From: Squalus acanthias
Taxonomy: Eukaryota
DNA: 64,000 nt
Direction of reading: 5' to 3'
Assembly (NCBI GenBank): GCA_030390025.1
Contig: CM059438.1
Coordinates: 53,942,001-54,006,000, forward strand
Shown: piece after piece, positions 25,828 through 37,748 of the stretch
Numbering within the stretch: position 1 is the stretch's first letter
Layout of the letters: each line of letters starts with the position of its first letter
Position numbers and translations under genes: made by a program
The notes under the pieces: model-generated
The model's input: only the letters and a program-made list of their open reading frames with translations
Told to the model about the DNA's origin: nothing
Database searches by the model: none

Positions 25828-26530
25828 TACATAGAAATTACAGCACAGAAATAGGCCATTCGACCCAATCAATCCGTGTGGTGTTTATCCTAATCCCATG
25901 TGTCTGCCCTGTTCCTGGATCCCTTCATCCCCCTTTCCTTCAACTGCCTGTCTATTCTATTTTTAAATGTTGACATGGTCTCTGCTTCAATCACTAACTC
26001 CAGTAGTACATTCCAGTCTCCCAATCCTCTTAATAAAAAAAAGTTTATCCTGCTCTTATATCTACATTTCCTCGTTCTAAACCTTCAATCACTGTTTCTA
26101 CCTACCCTGTCCCATCCATTCACAATTTTAAATGTCTCTATCTAGTCACCCTGTAATTTCCTCTTCTAATGAAAACCGCTGTCAAACCACACTGTAATCT
26201 CCTGTGTTCTAACAAAACGGCCTCACTTTTTCATGACTTCATATTTGTATTTCCTCATGCCAGGCAGTACCCAGTGACTCTGTGCTGTGACCTCTCTATC
26301 ACATCAACATCCTTCCTACAGTGTGGGGCCCAAACTGCACACTGTACTCCAACTGTGGTCTTACTGAGGTTTAAATAAATTCACCATTACATCTCGACTT
26401 TTATATTCTATACCTATTGTCATAAAACGCTGGATTCCATGAGCTTATTATGGCCTTATTCTCTTGAGGTGGTACTTTTAATGTCTTGTGAACCTGAAGC
26501 CCCAAATCCCTCTGCTCTTCATCATCTACT
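25828..26530 (-). mobile_element. Old CR1 3' fragment
   Basis: CATAGAAATTACAGCACAGAAATAGGCC tail (reverse strand) and a degenerate CVQFW-type segment. Confidence 0.65.
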
Positions 26531-26624
26531 ATTTAATATACTTTTTAAAATCAATATTCGCCCCTATTTTTGAAGAACCTTACTTGCTGAAGCATAGCTT
26601 CATGGATGCAGGCAACTTTCCAGT

Positions 26625-27382
26625 ACCTGACACATTCTGGTAGGAGGAATAAGGAGGCCACATACTGTACTATCTTGTAAGAGTCTAAATGGGGTGGAGG
26701 AGCAGAGGGATCGGGGGGTACAGATACACAAATCATTAAAAGTAGCGACGCAGGTTAACAAGGCCAATAAAGAAGCAAACCAAGCACTGGGGCTCATTCC
26801 TAGAGAGAGAATTGAAAAGCAGTGAAGTGATGTCAAACTAGTATAGAACCTTGGTTACACCACACCTGGAGCTCTGTGAACAGTTCTGGTCTCCATATTA
26901 CAAAAAGGATATAGAGGCACTGGAGAAAGAGCAAAAAAGCTTCACAAGGATGATATCAGAACTGAGAGGTTAAACTCATCAGGAAAGACTCAACAGACTG
27001 GGGCTCTTTTCTAATAGAGGTCTTTAAGATTATGATGGGGTTTGATAGGGTAGACATAGAGAAGATGTTTCCACTTGTAGGGGAAACCAGAACTAGAGGC
27101 CGTAAGTATAAGGTAGTCACTAATAAATCGAATAGGGAATTCAGGACAAACTTCTTTACCCAGAGAGTGGTGAGAATGTGGAACTCGTTGCCACAAGGAG
27201 TAGTTGCGGTGAAGAGCATAGATGCATTTAAGGGGAAGCTGGATAAACACGAGGGGGAAAGGAATAGAAGGATATGCTGATAGGGTGAGATGAAGTAGGG
27301 TGGGAAGGGGCATGTGTGGAGCATAAACACCAGCATAGACCAGGTGGGCTGAATGGCCTGTTTTTGTGCTGTAATTTCTATA
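26625..27382 (+). mobile_element. CR1 3' portion
   Basis: KMFPLVGETRTRG...NFFTQRVVRMWNSLP and a CR1 tail. Confidence 0.85.
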
Positions 27383-28239
27383 ATCACACAGCTTTCCCCA
27401 TTCAAAGTATCAATTCTTTACCTAAATCTTCCACCTCATATCAATATACCTTTGCAGCTTCCTGTAATCCTCAGAATTATTTACTGTGCCTCCTATTCTA
27501 GTATTGTCTGCAAATGTGGACTCCACTCCCTCTAGCTCGATATACAGTGAATAGAAGTGATCTCAGAACAGACCCTGTGGACACCGCTACCCACTTCAAA
27601 CCACTCGGGGGGGAAAAAACTCCTCTTAACTCCTACTCTGTCCCTCCCTTCTAATTTGCTATCCTCTCTCTCATTTCATACCCATTCATTATTTTCTCTT
27701 CATCTCTAATTAAAGATTCCAAAATGTGTTCTCTTTCTGAGAATGGGTCTTACATTGGCCCCTCTCCAGTCCTGGGCTCACATCCACTCTCAATACTGTT
27801 ATAGTTAAGCGGTCAAAGATAGAATCTACTTGGTTAGAATTAAGGAAGAATAAAGGAGTAATTATGCTACTGGGTGTATACTATAGACCACCAAGTAGTG
27901 GGACGGAAATAGCACATTTGCAGGCAAATTACAGAAAGATGCAAGAACTACAGAGTAGTGATAATGGGGGACTTCAATTATCCTAATATAGACTGGGATA
28001 GTAAAAGAGTAAAGGGCAAAGAGGGGGGAGGAATTCCTGAAATGTATACAAGAGAACTTTCTTGATCAGTGTCTTTCCAGCCCAACGAGGAAGGAAGCAG
28101 TGCTGGATCTAGTTCTGAGGAATGAAGTGGGGCATGTTTAAGCGGGAGAGCATTTTGGGGAACAGTGATCATATCAGGTTTAGAATAAATGTGAGAAGTC
28201 GCACAACACCAGGTTATAGTCCAACAGCTTTATTTGAAA

Positions 28240-28276
28240 TCACAAGCTTTCGGAGCGCTGCTCCTTCGTCAGGTGA
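28240..28276 (-). ncRNA. Minimal hammerhead ribozyme motif (inverted copy)
   Basis: Reverse complement TCAC-CTGACGA-A-GGAGC-AGC-GCTCC-GAAA-GCTT-GTGA. Confidence 0.7.
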
Positions 28277-28422
28277 AGTGAAGTTTGGACACCATCCACA
28301 CCTTTGATTGCTGTGATTATCTCTCTGCCGAGGTGTGATAAAGGGCAGTTAGAAAGATTAACTGTAATCATCCGGCAGTGTTCTCTGACTATATATGCTG
28401 TGACTATATGCATCTCTTCACT

Positions 28423-28459
28423 TCACCTGACGAAGGAGCAGTGCTCCGAAAGCTTGTGA
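28423..28459 (+). ncRNA. Minimal type I hammerhead ribozyme motif (Penelope-type)
   Basis: TCAC-CTGACGA-A-GGAGC-AGT-GCTCC-GAAA-GCTT-GTGA: core CUGANGA and GAAA, stem II, palindromic stem III, and stem I TCAC/GTGA. Confidence 0.7.
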
Positions 28460-29039
28460 TTTCAAATAAAGCTGTTGGACTATAACCTGGTATTGTGCGA
28501 CTTCTCACATTTGTCGACCCCAGTCCAACACTGGCATCTCCACATCAGGTTTAGAATAGTTATGGGAAAGGTACAATCAAGCGTAAAAGTACTTAGCTGG
28601 AGGAGGGCTAACTTCAGTGAGTTGAAAAGGGGTCTGGCCCAGGTGGATTGGAATCAACAATTGATGGGCAAAACAATGGGAGGCCTTCAAGGAGGAGATG
28701 GTTTGGATACAGAGTAGACACATTCCCACGAGGGGAAAGGAAGGGCATCCAAAGCTAGAGCTCCCTGGATGATGAAAGATATAGAGGTTAAAATGAGACA
28801 GATAAAGGAGGCTTATGACAATTGTATGGTTCATAACACAGTAGAGAACCAAGCTAAATATAGAAAGTACAGAGGAGATCTAATAAAGGGAATAAGAGTA
28901 GCAAAGAGAGAGTAGGAGAATAGATTAGTGGGTAACACAAAATGAACCCAGAAGTCTCTTATAAACACATAAATAGTAACCGGGTAGTCGAAGGATGGAT
29001 GGGGCCGATTAAGGACCAAAGACATAATCTTGTGGAGGC

Positions 29040-29815
29040 AGAGAAGGTGTGGTCAACCGTGTCAAAGGCTGCAGACAAGTTGACAAGGATGAGGAGAGAT
29101 AGTTTGCCACTGTCACAGTCACATAGGATGTAATTTGTGACTTTGATAAGAGCTGTTTCAGAACTGTGGTAGGGGCGGAAACCTGATGGGAGGGGTTCCA
29201 ACATGGTATGCTGACGGCCCCCAGCTCTACCTCACCACCACCTCTCCCGACCCCTCCACTGTCTCTAAATTGTCAGACTGCTTGTCCGACATCCAGTACT
29301 GGATGAGCAGAAATTTCCTCCAACTAATTATTGGGAAGACTGAAGCCATTGTCTTCGGTCCCCGCCACAAACTCCATTCCCTAGCCACCATTCCTCTCCC
29401 TGGCAACTGTCTGAGGAAGAACCAGGCTGTTCACAAACATGGTGTCGTATTTGACCCTGAGTTGAGCTTCCGACCACATATCCACGCCATCACTAAGGCC
29501 ACCTATTTCCACCTCTGTAACATCGCCCGACTCCGCCCCACCTCAGCTCATCTGCTGCTGAAACCCTCACCCATGCCTTTGTTTCCCCTAGACTCAACTA
29601 TTGTAATGCCCTCCTGGCCGGCTGGCCTCCCACATTCTACCCTACGGAAACTTGAGGTCATCCAGAACTCTACTGCCTGTGTCCTAACTCGCACCAAGTC
29701 CCGTTCACCCATCACCCCTGTGCTTGCTGAGGTGTCAAAGTTTGTTTGATAACGCTCCTGTGAAGCGCCTTGGGACATTTTACTACTTTAAAGGTGCTAT
29801 ATAAATGCAAGTTGT
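29040..29815 (+). mobile_element. L2 LINE 3' portion with inverted 5' segment
   Basis: Plus strand from ~29205 reads YADGPQLYL...WMSRNFLQL through an L2 tail. Segment 29040-29204 encodes SGFRPYHSSETALIKV...SAAFDTVDH on the minus strand. Confidence 0.85.
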
Positions 29816-30112
29816 CCCACCTCGCATTTAACAATTCACCTTTTAATGACCTATTTGTACACTACTTCATTTTAATATTTTTTAAGATTCCCTCCTCTTG
29901 GTCCCCCTTGCTTTCCTTATCACTCTCTCAAACTCCTTATTTTCTCATTTTTATCATACCTCTAAGTCCCACATATCTTCTCCTTCAAAGTTAGTTTGTT
30001 TCTTACCTCTTCATTTATAAATGGTATTCTAAAACTTGAAGTAGTTTCCTTTTTTTAATGGTATATATTTATTCTGCACCTTTGCAATTTAAAAAAAAAA
30101 AAAAAAAATCCT

Positions 30113-31080
30113 ACTGTCTCCACACACAGACCCAGGTCTCCACGCACACAGACCCACATCCCGGGTCTCCACACCCAGACCCACATCCCGGGTCTCCCCA
30201 CACCCAGACCCACAGTCCCGGGTCTCCCCACACCCAGACCCACAGTCCCGGGTCTCCCCACACCCAGACCCACAGTCCCGGGTCTCCCCACACCCAGACC
30301 CACAGTCCCGGGTCTCCCCACACCCAGACCCACAGTCCCGGGTCTCCCCACACCCAGACCCACAGTCCCGGGTCTCCCCACACCCAGACCCACAGTCCCG
30401 GGTCTCCCCACACCCAGACCCACAGTCCCGGGTCTCCCCACACCCAGACCCACAGTCCCGGGTCTCCACACACACAGACCCACAGTCCCGGGTCTCCACA
30501 CACACAGACCCACAGTCCCGGGTCTCCACACACACAGACCCACAGTCCCGGGTCTCCACACACACAGACCCACAGTCCCGGGTCTCCACACACACAGACC
30601 CACAGTCCCGGGTCTCCCCACACACAGACCCACAGTCCCGGGTCTCCCCACACACACACACAGACCCACAGTCCCGGGTCTCCCCACACACACACACACA
30701 GACCCACAGTCCCGGGTCTCCCCACACACACACACACAGACCCACAGTCCCGGGTCTCCCCACACACACACACACACAGACCCACAGTCCCGGGTCTCCA
30801 CACACACACACAGACCCACAGTCCCGGGTCTCCACACACACACACAGACCCACAGTCCCGGGTCTCCACACACACACACAGACCCACAGTCCCGGGTCTC
30901 CACACACACAGACCCACAGTCCCGGGTCTCCACACACACAGACCCACAGTCCCGGGTCTCCACACACACAGACCCACAGTCCCGGGTCTGCACACACACA
31001 GACCCACAGTCCCGGGTCTCCACACACAGACCCACAGTCCCGGGTCTCCGCGCCCGCAGTCAGATCCACAGTCCCGGGCC
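30113..31080. repeat. ~30-bp minisatellite (CACACCCAGACCCACAGTCCCGGGTCTCCC) with variable CA run
   Basis: Direct tandem repeat. Confidence 0.96.
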
Positions 31081-31224
31081 GCTTTCTCCTTCCGCTTCAC
31101 TGCTCATCTTTCTAAAACCTGCCCTATTCCAATCTGTGCCCTTGTTTTGTACTGACAGCTACTCCTTTTCCCTTTTTGTCCAATCTAACACCTCGTTCCT
31201 TTATTAGTAGGTCTTTTTCCTCTA

Positions 31225-32940
31225 TTAGAATCGTTCAGCAAAGGAGGCCATTCGGCCCATCGTGCCTGTGCTGGGTCTTTCAAAGAGCTATCCAATTAGT
31301 TTCACTCACCTGCTGCTTCCCCATAGCCCTGCAATTTTACCTTTTCAGATATCCTTTTGAAAATTATGATTGAATCTGCAAAGTATTTACAGCACAGAAA
31401 CAGGCCATTCAGCCCAACAGGTCCATGCTCCACACGAGCCTCCTCCCACCCTGCTTCATCTCACCCTATCAGCATATCCTTCTATTCTTTCCTCCCTCAC
31501 GTGCTTATCCAGCTTTCCCTTAAAAGCATCGCTACTATTCGCCTCAACTACTCCCTGTGGTAGCGAGTTCCACATTCTAACCACTCTCTGGGTAAAGAAG
31601 TTTCTCCTGAATTGGATTTATTGGTGACTATCTTATATTTATGTCTCTAGTTCTGGTCCCGCCTGCAAGTGGAAACATCTTCTCTACGCCTACCCTATCG
31701 AACTCTTTCATAATTTTGAAGACCTATCTGATCACCCCTCAGTCTTCTCTTTTCTAGACAAAGACCCAGCCTGTTCAATCTTTCCTGAATGCTATAACCT
31801 CTCAGTTCTGGTAAAAGTAAATCTTCTTTCCTAACCTTTTCGTATTCCCTTTTGTCATCCTCTCCTTTGTTGTCTATCTACTTAGTGTATGCCATTTTCG
31901 TTCGTTTCAATGTTGCCCTTATTTCTTTATTCATCCACGGTGTGTTTGTTAGCTAGTTTGTTCTTGCTTTTTAGTGAGACATACTCCTGGACTCTCTTGA
32001 TCACCGTTTTAAATGTTTCCCACTGCTGTTCTATTTCTATGCTTGTAAGTAAATCTTCCAGTTTATTTCCCTATTTCCATTCTCATCTCCTTAAAATCAG
32101 CTTTTTTCCAATGTATTACTTTGGTCTTTGTCCTTCTCAATCTTTATCTTAAACCTTATTATGCTGTAATTGCTTTTGCCTCGATGTTCCCCAACACTTA
32201 CTTGTCTTATACAATAGCAAAATACTGCGGATGCTGGAAATCTGAAATAACAACAGAAAGTGCTGGAAACATTCAGCAGGCCAGGCAGCATCCGTGAAGA
32301 GGAGAAACAGAATCAACATTTCGGGTCGAACTCTTCGTCAGAACTGCTAAAGGTTATGGAGGAGAGATGTTTAAGCAGGGACAGGGAGGAGGGGAGGAAA
32401 GAACAATGGGAAGGTCTGTGATGGGATGGAAGGCAGGAGCTCCTGACCTGCTGAGTGTTTCCAGCACTTTTTGTTATTTTACTTGTCTTGCCTGTTCTGG
32501 TTCATTTCGCATTACTAGATCCAGCAGTGCTCCCTCTCGTCGGGCTTTTTACATTCTGGGTAAGAAAGGAGTCCTGCCCACATTGTAAAACTCCACTCCC
32601 TGAACCCCTTTCGCTACCCCTTGCCAGTTTATTTGGGGGTAGTTAAAATCTCCCATGATTATTATTCCATGTCCTTTACTCATTTCATATATTTGCTTAC
32701 GTGTTTCTTCCAACACCTCCTTTCCACTATTAGGTGGTTTGTAGTATACCCCTATTAGCGTGACCAATCCCTTATCTTTTATTTCACTCCATATGGATTC
32801 TGTTTCTAACCTTCGACTGCCATTATCTTATTAATATTAATATTAATTATTATTGCCATATTAATACAGCTACCCAACCCCCCGTCCTTCCCTATCCTTT
32901 ATGATTATGTTGTAACCTACAATATTTAGTTGCCAGTCCT
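31225..32940 (-). mobile_element. Nested degenerate CR1 fragments (3' ends and APE region)
   Basis: Minus-strand GVYYKPPNSG...GDFNYP, with CR1 3' ends at ~31225 and ~31385. Confidence 0.7.
32209..32478 (-). mobile_element. Short Penelope-like pseudo-LTR insert with partial inverted copy
   Basis: 11-bp TSD TTACTTGTCTT (32198-32208 and 32479-32489). Same family as 37600-37745. Degenerate hammerhead at 32311-32345 on the minus strand. Confidence 0.72.
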
Positions 32941-33030
32941 TGTTCTTTATGACATCGGTAGTGGGGGAAATGCTAGAGTCCATTATAAAGGATGTAATAG
33001 CTGAGCACTTGAAAAACAGTGACAGGATTG

Positions 33031-33530
33031 NNNNNNNNNNNNNNNNNNNNNNNNNNNNNNNNNNNNNNNNNNNNNNNNNNNNNNNNNNNNNNNNNNNNNN
33101 NNNNNNNNNNNNNNNNNNNNNNNNNNNNNNNNNNNNNNNNNNNNNNNNNNNNNNNNNNNNNNNNNNNNNNNNNNNNNNNNNNNNNNNNNNNNNNNNNNNN
33201 NNNNNNNNNNNNNNNNNNNNNNNNNNNNNNNNNNNNNNNNNNNNNNNNNNNNNNNNNNNNNNNNNNNNNNNNNNNNNNNNNNNNNNNNNNNNNNNNNNNN
33301 NNNNNNNNNNNNNNNNNNNNNNNNNNNNNNNNNNNNNNNNNNNNNNNNNNNNNNNNNNNNNNNNNNNNNNNNNNNNNNNNNNNNNNNNNNNNNNNNNNNN
33401 NNNNNNNNNNNNNNNNNNNNNNNNNNNNNNNNNNNNNNNNNNNNNNNNNNNNNNNNNNNNNNNNNNNNNNNNNNNNNNNNNNNNNNNNNNNNNNNNNNNN
33501 NNNNNNNNNNNNNNNNNNNNNNNNNNNNNN
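33031..33530. other. Assembly gap (500 N)
   Basis: Run of n. Confidence 1.
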
Positions 33531-33667
33531 TTGTCTCTTGCGTTTTCTAAGTACGAGCAAATTTGCAAGCTTAAATTTAGTTTGTTTCCATAGGACCTTA
33601 AGTTATAGCATAGAAGGAGGCCATTCGGTTCGTCAAGCCAGTGAGCTCTTTGCCAAAGCATTTTAAG

Positions 33668-34350
33668 CTAATCCCACTGCCCCGCTCTCTCCCCATAGCC
33701 CTGTTTCAATCCCACACTAATCCCACTGCCCCCCTCTCTCCCCATAGCCCTGTTTCAATCCCACACTAATCCCACTGCCCCGCTCTCTCCCCATAGCCCT
33801 GTATCAATCCCACACTAATCCCACTGCCCCCCTCTCTCCCCATAGCCCTGTTTCAATCCCACACTAATCCCACTGCCCCGCTCTCTCCCCATAGCCCTGT
33901 TTCAATCCTAAACTAATCCCACTGCCCCCCTCTCTCCCCATAGCCCTGTATCAATCCCACACTAATCCCACTGCCCCGCTCTCACCCCATAGCCCTGTTT
34001 CAATCCCACACTAATCCCACTGCCCCACTCTCTCCCCATAGCCCTGTTTCAATCCTAAACTAATCCTACTTCTTGTGTTCTTTAGATTTGAGGTGAGGAT
34101 CAGATCAGCCATGATCTTATTGAATGGCGGAGCAGGCTCGAAGGGCCGATTGGCCTACTCCTGCTCCTATTTCTTATGTTCTTAATCCCACTGCCCCGCT
34201 CTCTCCCCATAGCCCTGTTTCAATCCCACACTAATCCCACTGCCCCGCTCTCTCCCCATAGCCCTGTATCAATCCCACACTAATCCCACTGCCCCACTCT
34301 CTCCCCATGGTTCTGTATCAATCCCACACTAATCCCACTGCCCCGCTCTG
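33668..34350. repeat. 49-bp minisatellite (CTAATCCCACTGCCCCGCTCTCTCCCCATAGCCCTGTTTCAATCCCACA), interrupted by a short CR1 tail
   Basis: Tandem units, with a + strand CR1 tail at ~34070-34162. Confidence 0.9.
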
Positions 34351-34502
34351 CACTGGTGTGTGTGTTATTGTAATATATGATGAGATCGATATCTATATAG
34401 AGATAGGATATACCCTGTCCTGTGATGGATGTTGGGGAGGTACTGAGGTGATAAGCTGCAGCATCGGTGCTCACTAATACTGACCTGTGCATTCTCTTGC
34501 AG

Positions 34503-34556
34503 GATGTGTTTAACATGGTTGTGGAGGTTCCTCGCTGGACCAACGCAAAGATGGAG
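34503..34556 (+). CDS. ppa1: ppa1 exon 3 (DVFNMVVEVPRWTNAKME)
   Basis: TTGCAG acceptor, GTAATT donor, conserved motif. Confidence 0.96.
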
Positions 34557-35274
34557 GTAATTTTTTTTTTTCCCCAGACGGCCTTGTGTATTAAAACACT
34601 CTTTCCCCCCCCCCCCCCCCCCCCCAAAACCTAACTACTTATTTGCACTCCAAAAGTCATTGTGGATCATTAAGGACTACTCAGAAATTGTTGAAATAAT
34701 TTATTGAGATAATAGTTTGTAACCTAATGTGTGAGTAGTTCAGGTTCGGTCCTCTGCTTGTTTGTCTCTGTATCTTAGAAATTGTATGTCTGCATGCTCT
34801 TGCAACAATGTTAACACTTTATTGTCACACTTTTACATCAACCTTTTCCATTACACGTTTTATGCCCATATTTATAATGGAGACGTCCTCCGTACACTGA
34901 AGGCTGGCGTACTGTCAACTTTCTCAGTTCTGCCATATTGTTGCTCTGGTATGTTCTCTGCTTGTTCTCTCTCTCACTCTCGTTCGCCCTGTCTCGTTCT
35001 GTCTGGCTCTCTCGCTTGGCCCGTCTCGCTCGCTCTCTGGGTCATCCCCTCCCACCCCCGAAAGCCCCCCTCCCCCTGGGGAGTGAGGCGGGTGGGGGGC
35101 AGCTGGGGTGTGGTGTGGGTGGGCAGGGAGTGGAGCGAGATGCTAAGCTGGCTGCAGTTGGTGCCTGTACAGCAATGTGAAGTGCGAGGGGAAGGAAGAG
35201 CAGGGGAGGAACTCGGACTAGATGCGTACTTTCAACAGGAAGCTTTACTGAATTTTGTGTTTCTGTATTTTTAG

Positions 35275-35394
35275 ATTGCAACAAAAGAGCCATTGAACCC
35301 GATCAAGCAAGACGTTAAGAAAGGGAAAATGCGATTTGTGGCAAATGTTTTTCCTCATAAGGGATATATTTGGAACTATGGGGCCCTTCCGCAG
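35275..35394 (+). CDS. ppa1: ppa1 exon 4 ([40 protein letters not shown])
   Basis: TTTTAG acceptor, GTGAGT donor, conserved motif. Confidence 0.97.
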
Positions 35395-35954
35395 GTGAGT
35401 GTGGAGAAGGTGTTTGCTTTCCCACTGGGCCAATCGCAGCACATCTTTACTGATCCCACTGACAAATGATGAAAACATCGGCTTCTCATTACTGGGAGGC
35501 CACAATTTCAGAGATGGGCACCTTAAGGTAGATAGTGTGCTGCTGCAGACTGCCCACACTGACCCGAACCGATTTGGATTGTAGTTTTGGGACAGCACAG
35601 TAAGAAAACGCTAGTGGACCGTAAGAGAAATACAGGCAGCTCACTACTACTGAATGGTCATTTCAAAAAGCTGAAATGCTTTTGGGAACTGAAAATATTG
35701 CTTTCTTATATTTAAAAAATAACCTCTCTGTGCAAGTATAGCTGCTGGTGTGAGCATGGCCTGTGTTAGAGGCTGGTTTACTGGTGACTCTTTCACTACA
35801 GCTGGTGAAATAAATTTGTAATGTAGATCTAACTAAGTAATAAAATGGATATCGTACTGCTACTTCCTGGAATTCAATTCATTTTCTCTCTCCTCAACTA
35901 CTGTTCCCACTGTTACAAGTTTGGATTTTTGTAGAACAGTTATTTTCTTTCATC

Positions 35955-36940
35955 TGCGGAGTCCCCCAAGGACCTGTCCAAGCAGCACCCCCCCACCAAC
36001 CATTCATCTACATGTTGCCCATTGCCAACACCATCTCAGACGTGGAGCCAGCTTCCACATGCACGCTGGCTTCACTTACTCTACCTCTCTCAAAACAATT
36101 GTGTTCTCACACTGCTCATTCGACATCTATTACTGGATGAGCCACAATTTCCTCCAGCTAAATATTGGGAAGACCGAAGCCATTTTCCCCGCCACAAACT
36201 CTGTTCCATAGCCACCGACTCATCCCTCTCCCTGGCCACTGTTTGAGGCTGAACTGGACTGTTGGCGGCCTTGGTGTCGTATTTGACCCCGAGATGAGCT
36301 TCCGACCCCACATCCGCTCCATCACCAAGACCGCCTACTTCCACCTCCGTAACATTGCCTGACTCCGCCCTGCCTCAGCTCATCATCTGCTGAAACCCTC
36401 ATCCAGGCCTTTGTTACCTCCAGACTTAACTATTCCAACGCTCTCCTGGCTGGCTGGCCTGCCACCTTGCACCCCCCATAAATTTGAGCTCATCCAAAAC
36501 TCTGCTGCCCGTCTCCTAACTCGCACCATGTCCCATTCACCCAACACCCCTGTGCTCGCTGACTGACATTGGCTCCCAGTCCAGCAACACCTCAATTTTA
36601 AAATATGCATTCTCGTGTTCCAATCCCTCCATGGCCTCGCACCTCCCTATCTCTGTAACCTCCTTCACCATTACAACCCATATCGCCACTCCCCAAACTC
36701 TCTATTCCTTACACTCTGGCGCATCCTCCCGTTACTCGAACATCACACAACTAGGCTCCACATTCTGGCATTCTCTCTCTAATCCCTCCATTGCCCTCTG
36801 TTCCTTTGACCCTCTTTAAAACCCACCTGTCGGTCACCCCATCTAATCTCTCCTTTGGCTCAATGTCCATTTTTCTTGCGTGTCTGAAGTACTGTGCGGT
36901 GTTTGATTCAATGTTAAAGCCGCTGTATCAGTGCAAGTTG
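35955..36940 (+). mobile_element. L2 LINE 3' portion
   Basis: [27 protein letters not shown]...YFHLRNIA and an L2 tail. Confidence 0.85.
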
Positions 36941-36949
36941 TGATTCACA

Positions 36950-37748
36950 AGTCCTTTTACCTCCTCTCTTCCCACTGTCCAGAGCCCCAAACAGTCCTTC
37001 CAAGTGAAACAGCGATTTACTTGTTGTACTTCTCACAATTTAATATACTGTATTCGCTGCTCACGATGCGGTCTCCTCTACATTGGGGAGACCAAACGCA
37101 GATTGGCTGACCGCTTTGCGGAACACCTCCGTTCAGTCCATAAGCTTCCGGTCGCCTGTCACTTTAATTCTCCACTCCGCTCCCACTCTGATCTCCGTCC
37201 TCGGCCTCTTACACTGTTCCAATGAAGCTCAACATAAGCTCGAGGAACAGCACCTCATCTTTCAATTAGGCACTTTACAGCCTTCTGGACTCAACATCGA
37301 GTTCAACAATTTCAGATCATAACCTCTGCCCCCATATTTTTTTTTTCCCCTTTTCTCTCTCACATGGCAGCTGTTGATGATTCTGCCATCGCCATTTACA
37401 TCTCATCTAGAGTCATCTTTTGTTTCTTAACTTGTCCCATTACCATTCCTTTTGCCTTGCACCATCATCCCTTTTGTCTTTTAATCTCTGCCAGTTGAGT
37501 GGAATTTTAGCACGTGTCCAAAGTAAACTGATTATCCAGCCTATCACAGACCTTCCCTTTGTTCTTTCCTCCCTGTCCCTGCCCCACACTTGCTTAAAAA
37601 TCTGTTACTTCTCTAACCTTTTCCAGTTCTGACAAAGGGTCATCGACCCGAAACGTTGACTCTGTTTCACTCTCCACGATGCTGCCTGACCTGCTGAGTG
37701 TTTCCAGCATTTTCTGCTGTTTCAGATTTCCAGCATCCCAGAATTTTG
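36950..37748 (+). mobile_element. Penelope-like element 3' end (GIY-YIG endonuclease remnant plus pseudo-LTR)
   Basis: NLIYCIRCSRCGLLYIGETKRRLADRFAEH...HFN and LQPSGLN. Hammerhead-like CTGACAA-AGGGTC-ATC-GACCC-GAAACGTT at 37629-37657. Confidence 0.88.

Larger units (their letters stand above)
28188..28543. mobile_element. Non-autonomous Penelope-like insert (inverted pseudo-LTRs plus tail)
   Basis: 96-bp inverted arms at 28188-28283 and 28416-28511 (94/96 identical), a 32-nt tail, and a 15-bp TSD ATCAGGTTTAGAATA (28173-28187 and 28544-28558). Confidence 0.8.
27805..29040 (+). mobile_element. CR1 ORF2 APE-region fragment, interrupted by a Penelope-type insert
   Basis: GVYYRPP, GDFNYP and LGNSDH remnants. 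Confidence 0.8.

Noticed and set aside
30055..31155. 326-365 aa repetitive ORFs
   Set aside because: Translations of the 30-bp minisatellite.
32870..33666. ORFs spanning X runs
   Set aside because: Artefacts of the N gap.
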